This document shows, piece by piece, positions 46,043-55,821 of a stretch of 64,000 nt of DNA; within the stretch, counting starts at the first letter, position 1, and every line of letters starts with the position of its first letter. Position numbers and translations under genes: made by a program. The stretch spans positions 19,061 through 83,060 of the forward strand of contig JBBDXN010000129.1 of assembly GCA_040902305.1 (NCBI GenBank), read 5' to 3'. The stretch is from Candidatus Rokuibacteriota bacterium. GTDB taxonomy: Bacteria; Methylomirabilota; Methylomirabilia; Rokubacteriales; CSP1-6. Below the pieces are notes generated by a model. It worked only from the letters and a program-made list of their open reading frames with translations. It made no database searches and had not been told where the DNA came from.

Positions 46043-46684
46043 CTACATCGGGGGGACGAGGCCGTCCTTGCCCACCAGGACGCGGCCGGCGGTCACGTGG
46101 CCGTCGGCGTGCTGCTGCGCCGGGATGAAGACGTGCGCGCCCGCCTGCAGCATGGCGCGGTCGCCGGGCGCGAAGGTCACGATGGGCACGTCGGCGGGCA
46201 CCGACACCGTCACGGTACCGCCCTTGTGCTTGAGCGTCAGCAACGGCCCCTCGACGCGCTCCACCATCACGTCCACGGTGGCGTTCGTCATGGTGCTGCC
46301 CGGCGAGAGGTCCCCCGGCGAGAGGTCCCCCGGCGAGAGGTCCCATGGATAGTGGCCCTCGCCGGCGCCGCGCGCGGACTCGGGGAAGATCAGCACCTCC
46401 TGCGCGCGGAAGGAGCCGTCCGGCTGGGGCAGCGCGGCGACGCCCACGAAGGCGCCGGCCTTGATGTCGGCCAGCTCCGCCTTGACCACCCCCACCACCG
46501 TGTAGTCGGCGGCCAGCTTCACGTCCACCGTCGAATTGTCGCGCGAGGAGATCGTGAGGGTCTGGCCCGAGACCTTGGCGATGGCCCCGCGGACCCGGAT
46601 GGGCACCTGCGCGCTCGCGAGAGAGGCGGTCAGCAGCACCGCGCCCACGCCCAGGGCGAGCGGTCGCCACGCGCCGAGCGTCAC
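46043..46684 (-). CDS. secreted hypothetical protein containing a 3x DLSPG pentapeptide tandem repeat
   Basis: Signal peptide. Perfect 15-bp x3 tandem repeat at 46297-46341. Confidence 0.55.
   Translation of the reverse strand: MTLGAWRPLALGVGAVLLTASLASAQVPIRVRGAIAKVSGQTLTISSRDNSTVDVKLAADYTVVGVVKAELADIKAGAFVGVAALPQPDGSFRAQEVLIFPESARGAGEGHYPWDLSPGDLSPGDLSPGSTMTNATVDVMVERVEGPLLTLKHKGGTVTVSVPADVPIVTFAPGDRAMLQAGAHVFIPAQQHADGHVTAGRVLVGKDGLVPPM
46297..46341. repeat. perfect tandem repeat 3 x 15 bp (cccggcgagaggtcc) inside a CDS
   Basis: Direct reading of the sequence. The repeat is in frame and encodes (DLSPG)3. Confidence 0.9.
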
Positions 46685-48133
46685 GGCCAGAGCACCGTGC
46701 CCTCGGCGGCGGGCAGCGAGAGGTTGAGGCGGCGCGCCAGCGTCGTCGCGATGTCGCGCATGTCGATGATGCCGAGGGCGCGGCCGGCGGGCACGCCCGG
46801 CCCCACCACGAAGAAGGCCGCGTGCAGGTCGGGCAGGTCCGGGAGGTGGCCGTGCGCGCCGGCCGCGGTGGCCCGGGACACGAGCGATCCGGTCAGGCTC
46901 GAATCCGCGTGCCAGTCGACCTTGAGCCCGACGAGGAACGCGGCGGTGGGGAACCCTCCGCGATCGCGGAGCGCGGCGGCGTCCAGCACCCGGTCGATGC
47001 CGTGGGCGGGATCGGCGGCGAGCCGGTGGAGCAGGGTCCGGACCTGCGCGAGGGTGGCGGTGTCCCCCGGCTCCTTCAGCACCACCGCGATCGACCCTCC
47101 CGAGCTCCAGGGCATCGCCTTCCAGTCACTCACCCGGCCCCGCGCGCTCACCGTGAACAGCCCCGCGCTGCGGAACTCCGCGTGCAGGTTGAGCTTCATC
47201 GCGGTCTTGCCGAAGCCGTGGTCGGACACGATCGCCACGTGAGCCCCGCCCGGCGCCGCCGTCTCCGCGGCGGCGCGCAGCGTGCCGACCAGGGTGTCCA
47301 GGCGCTCGAGCACCGCCAGGGTCTCGGGGGTGAACGGGCCCGTCACGTGCTGGGTGTGGTCGAGCGCGATCAGATGGAGCAGGAGCAGATTCGGCCGCTT
47401 CTTCATCGAGGATGCGCACCGCGTACCGGACGCGCTGCTCGTCCGCTTCCACGGTGAGCGCGCGCGGATACGGGCCCAGCTCCGGCTCCAGCTCGGCCAG
47501 GAGACCCGGCGTGGAGACGGCCCGCAGCAGCTTCGCGTCGTCGGGGGTGCCCGCGCGCCAGAACTCGGGGATGTTCCAGGTGACGCGGGCGCCCACGCTC
47601 GCCGGCCACTGCACGCTCGCGGTGCTGAGCCCCGCCCGGGCCGCCGCGTCCCAGAGCGTGGCCACGCGGATGTCCTCGCTGTACCAGTACCAGCTCTCCT
47701 GGTTCGCGCGCCGCGGGTCGAACGTGGTATTGGCGAGGATCCCGTGGCTGGCCGGCGACACGCCGGTGATCAGCGTGGTGTGGCTCGGATAGGTCACGGT
47801 GGGGATCACGCCCACCACGCCCTGCGCGAAGGCACCTTCCTGGAGGAAGCGGCGCAGGTTCGGGACCTTCGCCCCGTGCGCGTCGGCCGCGGTCACGTAG
47901 TCGGGGCGCAGCCCGTCGATCGAGATCATGAGCAGCAGCGGGGTCTGCACCGGCTGCTGGGCCACCACCGGACCGGCGAGAAGAACCAGGGCCGCGACCA
48001 GCCCCACGCGCAGCGCGAGCCGGACTTGGCGGACCCGGTCGGGTATCATGGCCCACACAGCATATAGCACGAGCCAGGAGAGGGCCATGACGAGGCGGGC
48101 GACATGCGTGGTGGGAATGCTGCTGGGGCTCAC
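46681..48133 (-). pseudogene. alkaline phosphatase-superfamily nucleotide pyrophosphatase/phosphodiesterase (ENPP-like) gene split by a frameshift
   Basis: The N-terminal part (ISIDGLRPDY...TVTYPSHTTLITG...AVRILDEE) runs in one frame and the C-terminal part (KKRPNLLLLHLIALDHTQH...VSDHGF) in another. The two frames abut at a gaagaag run near 47395-47408. Confidence 0.6.
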
Positions 48134-48473
48134 CGGGCCGCTGGCGGGCGCGGCGGGCGCTCAGGACACCGAGCGAATCGCGATGGCGCGGGTCCGGCTC
48201 ACCACCGAGCCCGGCGTCGTGCAGGGCTGCTCGCGCGTCGCCACCGCGCACGACGACTCGATCAAGGATCTCCGGCGCAAGATCGTGAGGAGCGGCGGCA
48301 ACGCCGCGCTCCTCACCTTCGGCGGATCGGAGGACCTCTCCCGCGTCTATGCCGAGGTCTTCCGTTGCACCGCTCCGCCCGCCTCCGCGCCGGGCACGGC
48401 GCCGGCGCGCGTCCCGCTGCCGCCACCCGGGCCGCCGCCTCCGCCCCCGCCGCCCGCCGCGCCGACCCGCTGA
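48087..48473 (+). CDS. small secreted protein with a Pro-rich C-terminus, hypothetical
   Basis: AGGAGAGG Shine-Dalgarno motif and a signal peptide. Ends in PPPGPPPPPPPPAAP. Confidence 0.5.
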   Translation: MTRRATCVVGMLLGLTGPLAGAAGAQDTERIAMARVRLTTEPGVVQGCSRVATAHDDSIKDLRRKIVRSGGNAALLTFGGSEDLSRVYAEVFRCTAPPASAPGTAPARVPLPPPGPPPPPPPPAAPTR

Positions 48474-48474
48474 C

Positions 48475-49254
48475 GTGGCCTGGGACCCCGCGCAGTACCT
48501 GAAGTTCGCCGACCATCGGCTGCGGCCGGCGATCGATCTCCTGAACCGCGTGGCGCTCGAGGGCCCGGGGGAGGTCTACGACCTGGGCGCCGGGGCGGGC
48601 AATGTCACGCGCCTGCTCAAGGAGCGCTGGCCCGAGGCGCGCGTCACCGGGGTGGACGACTCGGCCGCGATGCTGGCCAAGGCCGCCGCCACCGCCCCCA
48701 CGATCACCTGGCAGCAGGCGGACCTGGCCGCGTGGCGGCCACCCCGGCCGGCCGACCTCATCTACTCCAATGCCGCACTCCACTGGCTGACCGGCCACGA
48801 GCGCCTGTTCCCGGCGCTGCTCGCCGCCCTGGCCGAGGGCGGCGTCCTGGCCGTCCAGATGCCGCGCAACTTCGGCGCGCCGTCGCACACGCTCATCTCG
48901 GAAGCCGCGCGCGGCGGGCCGTGGCGCTCGACGCTCGAGCCCCTGCTGCGGCCGGCCCCGGTGGCCGATCCCGATTTCTACTACGACACCCTCGCGCCGC
49001 GCGCGGCCGGGCTCGACGTCTGGGAGACGGAGTATCTGCAGATCCTCGAGGGCGCGGACCCGATCAAGGAGTGGACCAAGGGCACCTGGCTCAAGCCGCT
49101 GCTCGACGCGCTCGCGGAGCCGGAGCGAAGCGGCTTCGAGGCGCGCTACGCGGAGCTGGTGGCCCGCGCCTACCCGCCGCGCGCGGACGGGCGCACCCTG
49201 TTTCCGTTCCGGCGCCTCTTCATCGTGGCGACGGCGCGCGGCGGGCCGGCGTGA
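48475..49254 (+). CDS. tam: trans-aconitate 2-methyltransferase
   Basis: GTG start 2 nt after the upstream stop, giving VAWDPAQYLKFADHRLRPA, the canonical Tam N-terminus. SAM-binding motif DLGAGAGNVT. Confidence 0.85.
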   Translation: MAWDPAQYLKFADHRLRPAIDLLNRVALEGPGEVYDLGAGAGNVTRLLKERWPEARVTGVDDSAAMLAKAAATAPTITWQQADLAAWRPPRPADLIYSNAALHWLTGHERLFPALLAALAEGGVLAVQMPRNFGAPSHTLISEAARGGPWRSTLEPLLRPAPVADPDFYYDTLAPRAAGLDVWETEYLQILEGADPIKEWTKGTWLKPLLDALAEPERSGFEARYAELVARAYPPRADGRTLFPFRRLFIVATARGGPA

Positions 49255-49517
49255 GGATCGACGCGATCGACGTCCCCGAGCCGCTCCCGCGCTGGACCGC
49301 CGAGCACGCCACGTTCCGCGCCCCTTCGACCCGGTAAGAACGCCGCGGGCGGCGCGGGCCGTAGCACATCTCCGGACGCGAGCCGCTGTCTTCCGGGCCT
49401 TTCTGACCGCCTTCGCGGAACCACCTGGGTGGCATCGCGATTGCTACCGCACTCTTCACGAGAATGCCATCCTGGCGTCGCAGGCCGGGACTACCGTTCG
49501 ATCAACGGAGGCCGATC

Positions 49518-49715
49518 ATGAAGCTTCGCGAGAAAGCGGCGATGATCGCCAACCAGTTCGAGGGCCGGTGCACCTGCGGAACGATGGACGGCGGCGTGGA
49601 CTGCCCCTGGTGCCGGGTCTTCTACGACGTGCTGCAGGGCTTCCCGCTCGTGCCCACCCCGGCCCGCCCGGCGCCCGCCACCCCGGTCGCGGAGACGGTG
49701 GCGCCCCCCGCCTGA
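49518..49715 (+). CDS. small Cys-rich protein, 65 aa, hypothetical
   Basis: GGAGG Shine-Dalgarno motif. CTCG...CPWC motifs. Confidence 0.4.
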   Translation: MKLREKAAMIANQFEGRCTCGTMDGGVDCPWCRVFYDVLQGFPLVPTPARPAPATPVAETVAPPA

Positions 49716-49755
49716 CCGGGACGCCCCGTCAGGGCGAGGCCATGCCGCCCGCGGC

Positions 49756-50499
49756 CTAGGTCAGCCGCAGGCGCTGGCGGCTCGTGTTGAGGTTGCGCTG
49801 CAGGAACGGGATGAGCTTGTCCCACGCATCCTTCGCAGGGCCTTCCCGGTAGGTCGCCGGGTTGGTGAAGTTCAGGAAGGCGTGCCCCGCCTCCGGGTAG
49901 CGGTAGAACTCGTGGGCCTTGCGGTACTTGTCGAGCTGGGCGGAGATCCGGTCCACGTCCGCCGGTGACGGATTGCCATCCTCCACCCCGAAGAAGCCCG
50001 CGATCGGGCAGTGGATGTACGGGGTCAGATCGAACGGGGTCGGCCCATTGCCCCACGCCTTCATGAGGTTGCCGCCGTAGAAGACCCCCGCCGCCTTGAA
50101 CACCGGCTTGGAGGCCGCCATCAGGTAGGCGACGCGGCCCCCCATGCAGAAGCCGATGATGCCGACGTCGCCAAGCTGGGTGTCCTTAAGGCGTCGCGCG
50201 TAGTTGACCGCGGCGTTGACGTCGCTGATCACCTCCGGGTCGCGGAGGCGGCCGATGCGGGTGAGCATGTCGCCGTCCTCAGACCCGGCCGCGGCGCTGG
50301 TCTGTCGGTGGTAGAGGTCGGGGGCAATGGCGAGATAGCCCTGCTGGGCGAGGGCGTCCACCCGGTCCTCGATGAACTTGTCCACGCCGGGCCCGTGGTG
50401 GATGACGATGACCGCGGGAAAGGCCCGGCCGAGGCTGGGCATGCCGACGTAGAGGCGCATCGGCGCGCCATCGACGTCCATGCGGTCCCACTGCGCCAC
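49756..50499 (-). CDS. dienelactone hydrolase family protein
   Basis: DLH-fold sequence (GFCMGG nucleophile elbow). Confidence 0.85.
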   Translation of the reverse strand: MAQWDRMDVDGAPMRLYVGMPSLGRAFPAVIVIHHGPGVDKFIEDRVDALAQQGYLAIAPDLYHRQTSAAAGSEDGDMLTRIGRLRDPEVISDVNAAVNYARRLKDTQLGDVGIIGFCMGGRVAYLMAASKPVFKAAGVFYGGNLMKAWGNGPTPFDLTPYIHCPIAGFFGVEDGNPSPADVDRISAQLDKYRKAHEFYRYPEAGHAFLNFTNPATYREGPAKDAWDKLIPFLQRNLNTSRQRLRLT

Positions 50500-50834
50500 G
50501 CCGCGTGTCCTCTCAGTCCGCCCGTGAGAAAAACGGCCCGGGAGGCGGAACCGGTGAACCGCCTACCGGGCCTCGGTTTCTCGCGCGCAGGCTCACTGCC
50601 TGCGGCATGTCCCGACCATGTGCCGGGATCTTGTCGTGCCCTAGTCGAGTGTGCGCGCCATCAGGCAGGACCCACGCCCGATGACGCGCCGTGCGAGCCG
50701 GGTGGCGTGTTCTCCATCCTGATCTCCTGTCTGGGTGTATGGCACGACGGTCGGCGGCGCCTCACCGCCCGTCGCCTCCCAGCAAACCGCCACCCGCGCT
50801 CGTTGTCAAGTGATTGAAGGAGTACACTGCCGGC

Positions 50835-51218
50835 ATGCGCACCTGCGGGCGGCTGATCCTGATCTGCCTCTCCCTGCTCATCGTGGCTCCCGCGGGAGCG
50901 TGGGCCCACGACCGCGCACCCGGCCGGATGCCCCGCCCGCATCATCGGCCGCACCGGCCGATCGTCCACCCGCGCCCGGTGATCCCGTGCTGCCTGGGCG
51001 CCGTCTACGTCCCGCCCGCGCCGCCGCCGGTGATCGTGGTCGCGCCACCGCCCGTCTACATCATCGTGCCGTCCCCGCCCAGCCTGGTCCACGTGCCGAC
51101 GCCGCGGGCCGAGCCCGCGCCCGAGATCACGCTGCCGACCGGCCGCTGGGCGCGCCACGGCAACGGAGTGGACTACCCCTACGTCTGGGTGTGGGTGGGG
51201 CCTGCGACCGCGCCCTGA
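50835..51218 (+). CDS. small secreted Pro-rich protein, hypothetical
   Basis: GAAGGAG Shine-Dalgarno motif and a signal peptide. Pro-rich repeats follow. Confidence 0.45.
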   Translation: MRTCGRLILICLSLLIVAPAGAWAHDRAPGRMPRPHHRPHRPIVHPRPVIPCCLGAVYVPPAPPPVIVVAPPPVYIIVPSPPSLVHVPTPRAEPAPEITLPTGRWARHGNGVDYPYVWVWVGPATAP

Positions 51219-51456
51219 GCCGCCGCGGCGCGCGGGGGCGGCTCAGCCGCCCCTGACGACGTAGCCGTAGCGGCGGTTGCTCGGGCCGCGCCCACCGCCG
51301 GCGGCTCGCCGAGCGGCGCGAAGCCGTGCTGCTGCGCCGCGGTCTGCGGCGACGGGAAGTACTCCTCGCTGGACACGATCTGGGTGGGCACCGGCCCGCG
51401 AAAGGCATGGGTCTCGGCGGGCAGGAGCCGATCGAGCTCCTCCGGGCTCAGCAGTC

Positions 51457-52953
51457 TCACGGCGCGGGCAGGCGGCCGAACAAGGCTTCGAGCGCGAGCC
51501 CGATCCCGAGCAAGCGGCGGTCGCTACCCGCGGGGCCGTCCAGCTCGAGCCCGATCGGCAGGCCGGCCTGGGTGCGCCCGATCGGCAAGGTGAGGCCGGG
51601 GATGCCCGCGTTGCTGCCCGGATCGGTGTTCTGGATGAAGGTGACGAAGGTCGGCACGTCGGCGCCGTTCAGCTTGGTGGTCTGATCGTCCCCGATCGGC
51701 GCCGCGGGCAGCGGCGTGGTGGGGAACGCGAGCGCGGCGATCGCGTGGGTCCTGAACGTCTCGGCGTACAGCCGCTGGAGCGCCGGGCGCGTCGCGAGGG
51801 CCTCGCGGTAGACCTTCTCGGGGATCGCGTCCTTGGCCCCGGGCACGATGGAGGTCGCGAAGAGACCCTGCACGTCCGGACTGGCGATCCGCTCGGCCAG
51901 CCCCTTCACGTCGAGCGCGATCCGGTAGCGCTTGAGGTACCGGGCCAGATCCACGTTGGCCTCGTGGAGCGCGACCGGGAAGCTCACCTTGCCGTTCAGC
52001 TCGGCGAGACCGGGCATGTCCACCTCGACGATCTCGACGCCGGCTCCGCGCAGCCGGTCGAGGGCCGCGGTCGCGAGCTGCTCGGTCTCCACGTCGAGGC
52101 CCTTCCAGAACCCCGCGCGATAGACGCCCACCCGAAGCCCTCGCAGCGGCGCCGCCGCCACCTTGTCGCGCGCGCCGGTGATGATGGTGTCGAGCAGCAC
52201 CAGATCGGCGACCTCGCGCGCCATCGGCCCCGCGGTGTCGCGGGTGTGAGCGATGGGCGTGATGCCCTCCTGGGAGTAGCGCCCGAGCGAGGGCCGGAGC
52301 CCGCTGATGCCGTTGAGGGCGGCCGGGATGCGCACCGAGCCGCCGGTGTCGGAGCCGAGCCCGGCGGGCGCCATGCGGGCGGCGATCGCGGCGCCGGTGC
52401 CGCCCGAGGAGCCGCCCGCGATGCGCGAGGGATCGTAGGCATTGCGCACGGGGCCGAACGCCGCGTTGTTGCTCGTGATGCCGAAGGCCAGCTCGTGCAG
52501 GTTCGTCTTGCCGAGCACGATCGCCCCGGCGCGGATCAGCTTCTCGGCGACCGGGGCGTTCCGCGTCGGGACGAAATCGCGGAGCGCGGGCGTGCCCGCC
52601 GAGCTGGGAAGGCCGGCCACGTGGATATTGTCCTTCACCACGATCGGCACGCCGTGCAACGGCCCCGCGAAGCTCTTGCGCGCGGCCAGCCGGTCGGCCC
52701 GGCGCGCGGACGCGAGCGCGCGCTCGGGATCGAAGGTGATGAAGGCATTGAGGTCGCGCTTACGCGCGGCCACCTCCACGAGCGCCCGCACGAGGTCCTC
52801 GCTCCGGAGCGTGCCCGCCCGGATCCGCGCCGCCGCGTCCCCCGCCGACAGCTCGGTCAGCTCCTGGGCCGGCGCGGCCGCGGGCATCCCGGTCATCGTC
52901 ACGAGCGTCGCCCCGAACGCCCACCGCGCGGCGCGGCGCCGGATGGCATGCAT
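51457..52953 (-). CDS. amidase (amidase signature family), secreted
   Basis: GGSSGG signature and a Ser-cisSer-Lys context. N-terminal signal peptide. Confidence 0.9.
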   Translation of the reverse strand: MHAIRRRAARWAFGATLVTMTGMPAAAPAQELTELSAGDAAARIRAGTLRSEDLVRALVEVAARKRDLNAFITFDPERALASARRADRLAARKSFAGPLHGVPIVVKDNIHVAGLPSSAGTPALRDFVPTRNAPVAEKLIRAGAIVLGKTNLHELAFGITSNNAAFGPVRNAYDPSRIAGGSSGGTGAAIAARMAPAGLGSDTGGSVRIPAALNGISGLRPSLGRYSQEGITPIAHTRDTAGPMAREVADLVLLDTIITGARDKVAAAPLRGLRVGVYRAGFWKGLDVETEQLATAALDRLRGAGVEIVEVDMPGLAELNGKVSFPVALHEANVDLARYLKRYRIALDVKGLAERIASPDVQGLFATSIVPGAKDAIPEKVYREALATRPALQRLYAETFRTHAIAALAFPTTPLPAAPIGDDQTTKLNGADVPTFVTFIQNTDPGSNAGIPGLTLPIGRTQAGLPIGLELDGPAGSDRRLLGIGLALEALFGRLPAP

Positions 52954-53006
52954 GCGGCGATTCTGGCATACTCGGGCGCAGTTCGCCGCGAAAGGAGCGG
53001 CTCTTC

Positions 53007-53777
53007 ATGGCACGAGCGAGCCTGAACGGCATCGAGATCGACTACGAGGCGACCGGCGCCGGCCCCCCGGTGCTGCTGAGCCACGGCTACTCCGCCACCC
53101 GCCGCATGTGGGACGACCAGCATCGCGCCCTCGGCGACCGCTACCGGGTCATCAGCTGGAGCATGCGCGGGCACGGGGCGACCGAGAGCCCGGCGGACCC
53201 GGCCCAGTACTCGGCCCCGCTCACCGTCGCGGACATGCGGGCCCTGCTCGGCCAGCTCGGGGTGGAGCGGGCGGTGATCGGCGGGCTCTCCCTCGGGGGG
53301 TACGTCTCGCTCGGCTTCGCGCTGGAGCATCCGCAGATGACGCGCGCGCTCGTGATCTGCGACTCCGGCCCCGGCTACCGCAGCGCGGACGCGCGCGAGG
53401 CGTGGAATGCGCGCGCCCGCGAGCGCGCGGTGGCGCTCGAGGCGCGCGGCCTGGACGCCCTGGGCCAGAGCCGCGAGGTCCGGGAGTCGGCGAGCCTCCA
53501 CCGGTCGGCCCAGGGCCTGGCCCACGCCGCGCGCGGCATGCTCGCGCAGGAGGGCTCGCGGGTGATCGACGGGCTCGCGGGCATCCGGGTGCCGACCCTG
53601 ATCGTGGTCGGCGACCAGGACCAGCCTTTCCTGGCGCCCTGCGAGTACATGGCGAAGAAGATCCCCGGGGCGAGGCTCGAGGTGGTCCGGGGCGCCGGAC
53701 ACTCCTCGAACCTCGACCAGCCGGAGGCCTTCAACCGCGTGCTGCTCGACTTCCTCGACAGGCTCCCGCCCGCCTGA
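53007..53777 (+). CDS. alpha/beta hydrolase
   Basis: GLSLGG nucleophile elbow and HGY...D...H architecture. Confidence 0.85.
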   Translation: MARASLNGIEIDYEATGAGPPVLLSHGYSATRRMWDDQHRALGDRYRVISWSMRGHGATESPADPAQYSAPLTVADMRALLGQLGVERAVIGGLSLGGYVSLGFALEHPQMTRALVICDSGPGYRSADAREAWNARARERAVALEARGLDALGQSREVRESASLHRSAQGLAHAARGMLAQEGSRVIDGLAGIRVPTLIVVGDQDQPFLAPCEYMAKKIPGARLEVVRGAGHSSNLDQPEAFNRVLLDFLDRLPPA

Positions 53778-53791
53778 TCCGCTCGCGCCCG

Positions 53792-54409
53792 CTACTGGAC
53801 GGGGGAGAAGGCGGACGGCATCATGATCTTGTTCGCCATCGTGAGCAGGGTCTCGCTCCCGCCCGGCGGCGGCCACACCCCCATCTCCCGCGCCTTGCTC
53901 CGGACCGCGGCCCGCTCGTCCAGGCTCTTGTAGGCCCAGACGTGGATGAAGCGGTTCGCCTCGCCGTGCTCGACGTGCCCGGCCAGCGCGATCGGCGACA
54001 TCTTGACGCGCTCCTCGATCTTCGACTCCCACCGCTTGATCAGGTCGGGGAGCGTGCCCGCCTTCATCGCGTAGTAGCGCATCTCGAAGTAGGGGCCCAT
54101 CTTGCCGGGCTTGAGATCGGGCAGGAACGCGAACGGCACCACGATCTCCGACTGCATGGTTTCGATGAACTCGGCGATCTTGGGCGGCCAGTTGCCCGCC
54201 TTCACCGCCTCGGCGCGGAGGCGGTTGCGCTCGCCCAGGTCGGCGTACGGCCACACGTGGATGATCTCGTTCAGCGGCCCGATCTCGGTGTGCCAGAACG
54301 CGGCCAGGGGGGAGATCTTCTTGCGATTCTCGTAGGCCTCGCCGAACCGCTTCTCCACCTCGGGCACGCTGCCGACCTTGACGCGGTACGTCCGGATCTC
54401 GTAGATCAC
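53792..54409 (-). CDS. NIPSNAP family protein (two NIPSNAP domains)
   Basis: MIYEIRTYRVK...IHVWPYADL repeated twice. Confidence 0.8.
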   Translation of the reverse strand: MIYEIRTYRVKVGSVPEVEKRFGEAYENRKKISPLAAFWHTEIGPLNEIIHVWPYADLGERNRLRAEAVKAGNWPPKIAEFIETMQSEIVVPFAFLPDLKPGKMGPYFEMRYYAMKAGTLPDLIKRWESKIEERVKMSPIALAGHVEHGEANRFIHVWAYKSLDERAAVRSKAREMGVWPPPGGSETLLTMANKIMMPSAFSPVQ

Positions 54410-54439
54410 GCTGGGACTCCTTTCGGTTGACTGCGATCG

Positions 54440-55192
54440 CTACTGGGCCGTCCAGCCTCCGTCGATCACCAGCTCGCTCCCGGTCACGAACGACGACTCG
54501 TCCGAGGCGAGGTATAGCACGCCGTAGGCCACCTCGTCGGGCTCCCCGTACCGCCCGAGCGGGATGCGCGAGACCATGTACTCGTAGTGCCCGGGGTCGC
54601 CACGGCGCGCCTCGGTCATCGGGGTCACGATCGGGCCGGGGTGCACCGAGTTGGCGCGGATGCGCTCGCGCGCGTACTGCACCGCGGTCAGCTTGGTCAA
54701 GGTGCGCACCGCGCCCTTCGAGGCCTGGTATTGCGGGCTGCTGCGCTCCATGCCCACCAGGCCGAGCTGGGAGGAGATGTTGACGATCGAGCCCCCGCCG
54801 GCCCGGCGCATCGCGGGAATCGCGGCCCTGGTGCCGAGGAACACCCCCTTGGCGTTGACGTCCATGCCGTGATCCCACGCCGCCGAGGTGGTGTGCTCGA
54901 GCAGGCTGCCTCCGCCCACCCCCGCGTTGTTCACGAGCACGTCGAGACGGCCGAACCGGGACACCGCGGCGGCCACCGCGCGCTCCCAGTCCGCCTCGCT
55001 CGTCACGTCGAGCCGCACGTAGACCGCCTCCCCGCCCTTGCCCGCGATCTCGGCCTCGACCCGCTTGCCCTCCGCGTCGAGGATGTCGCCGAGCACCACG
55101 CGGGCGCCTTCCCGCGCGAAGAGGATCGCCTCCGCCGCGCCCATCCCGCGCGCGCCGCCGCTGATCAGCGCCACCTTCCCCGCGAGCCTCAT
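54440..55192 (-). CDS. SDR family oxidoreductase
   Basis: Internal ATG giving [18 protein letters not shown]. Catalytic YxxxK (YQASK). ATGA overlap with the upp stop. Confidence 0.9.
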   Translation of the reverse strand: MRLAGKVALISGGARGMGAAEAILFAREGARVVLGDILDAEGKRVEAEIAGKGGEAVYVRLDVTSEADWERAVAAAVSRFGRLDVLVNNAGVGGGSLLEHTTSAAWDHGMDVNAKGVFLGTRAAIPAMRRAGGGSIVNISSQLGLVGMERSSPQYQASKGAVRTLTKLTAVQYARERIRANSVHPGPIVTPMTEARRGDPGHYEYMVSRIPLGRYGEPDEVAYGVLYLASDESSFVTGSELVIDGGWTAQ

Positions 55193-55818
55193 TTCGTGCC
55201 GAAGAGCCGATCGCCCGCGTCGCCGAGGCCGGGGACGATGTAGCCGTGGTCGTTCAGGTGGTGGTCGATGGCCGCGGTGTAGACCGGCACGTCGGGATGC
55301 TCGCGGTGGAAGTGGCGGAGCCCTTCCGGGCAGGTCAGGAGACAGACGAAGCGGATCGAGCGGGGCGTGGTGCCCTTCACGCGGCGGACCGCGGCCACCG
55401 CGGAATTGCCGGTGGCGAGCATCGGGTCGAGCACCACCGCGTCCCGCTCGCGCATGTCGTGCGGGACCTTGAAGTAGTACTCGACGGCCTGGAGCGTGGC
55501 GGGATCGCGGTAGAGCCCCACGTGCCCGACGCGCGCGCTCGGCAGGATGCGCAGCATGCCGTCGAGGAGACCGTTGCCCGCGCGGAGGATCGAGACCAGC
55601 ACGATCTTCTTGCCGTCGAGGAGCCGGATCGTGGTGGGGCCCACCGGGGTCTCCGCGGCCACCTCGTGGGTCGGCAGCTCGCGGGTCACCTCGTAGGCGA
55701 GCAGCATGCTGATCTCGGCGAGCAGGCTCCGGAACTCGGAGGTGCTGGTCTCCTTCTTCCGCATGAGACCGAGCTTGTGCTGCACGAGCGGGTGGCCGAT
55801 GACGACGACGTCGTCCAG
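55189..55818 (-). CDS. upp: uracil phosphoribosyltransferase; start uncertain (in-frame CTG at 55816-55818, one codon after the TauD stop, or GTG at 55785)
   Basis: The conserved N-terminal strand [20 protein letters not shown] is encoded in frame upstream of the first GTG. The only in-frame codon before it and after the upstream TGA is CTG. Confidence 0.8.
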   Translation of the reverse strand: MDDVVVIGHPLVQHKLGLMRKKETSTSEFRSLLAEISMLLAYEVTRELPTHEVAAETPVGPTTIRLLDGKKIVLVSILRAGNGLLDGMLRILPSARVGHVGLYRDPATLQAVEYYFKVPHDMRERDAVVLDPMLATGNSAVAAVRRVKGTTPRSIRFVCLLTCPEGLRHFHREHPDVPVYTAAIDHHLNDHGYIVPGLGDAGDRLFGTK

Positions 55819-55821
55819 GGG

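Noticed and set aside
50500-50834. 335-bp divergent intergenic region searched for an ncRNA or riboswitch
   Set aside because: No recognisable conserved riboswitch sequence or strong structured element. It is most likely a pair of promoter regions.
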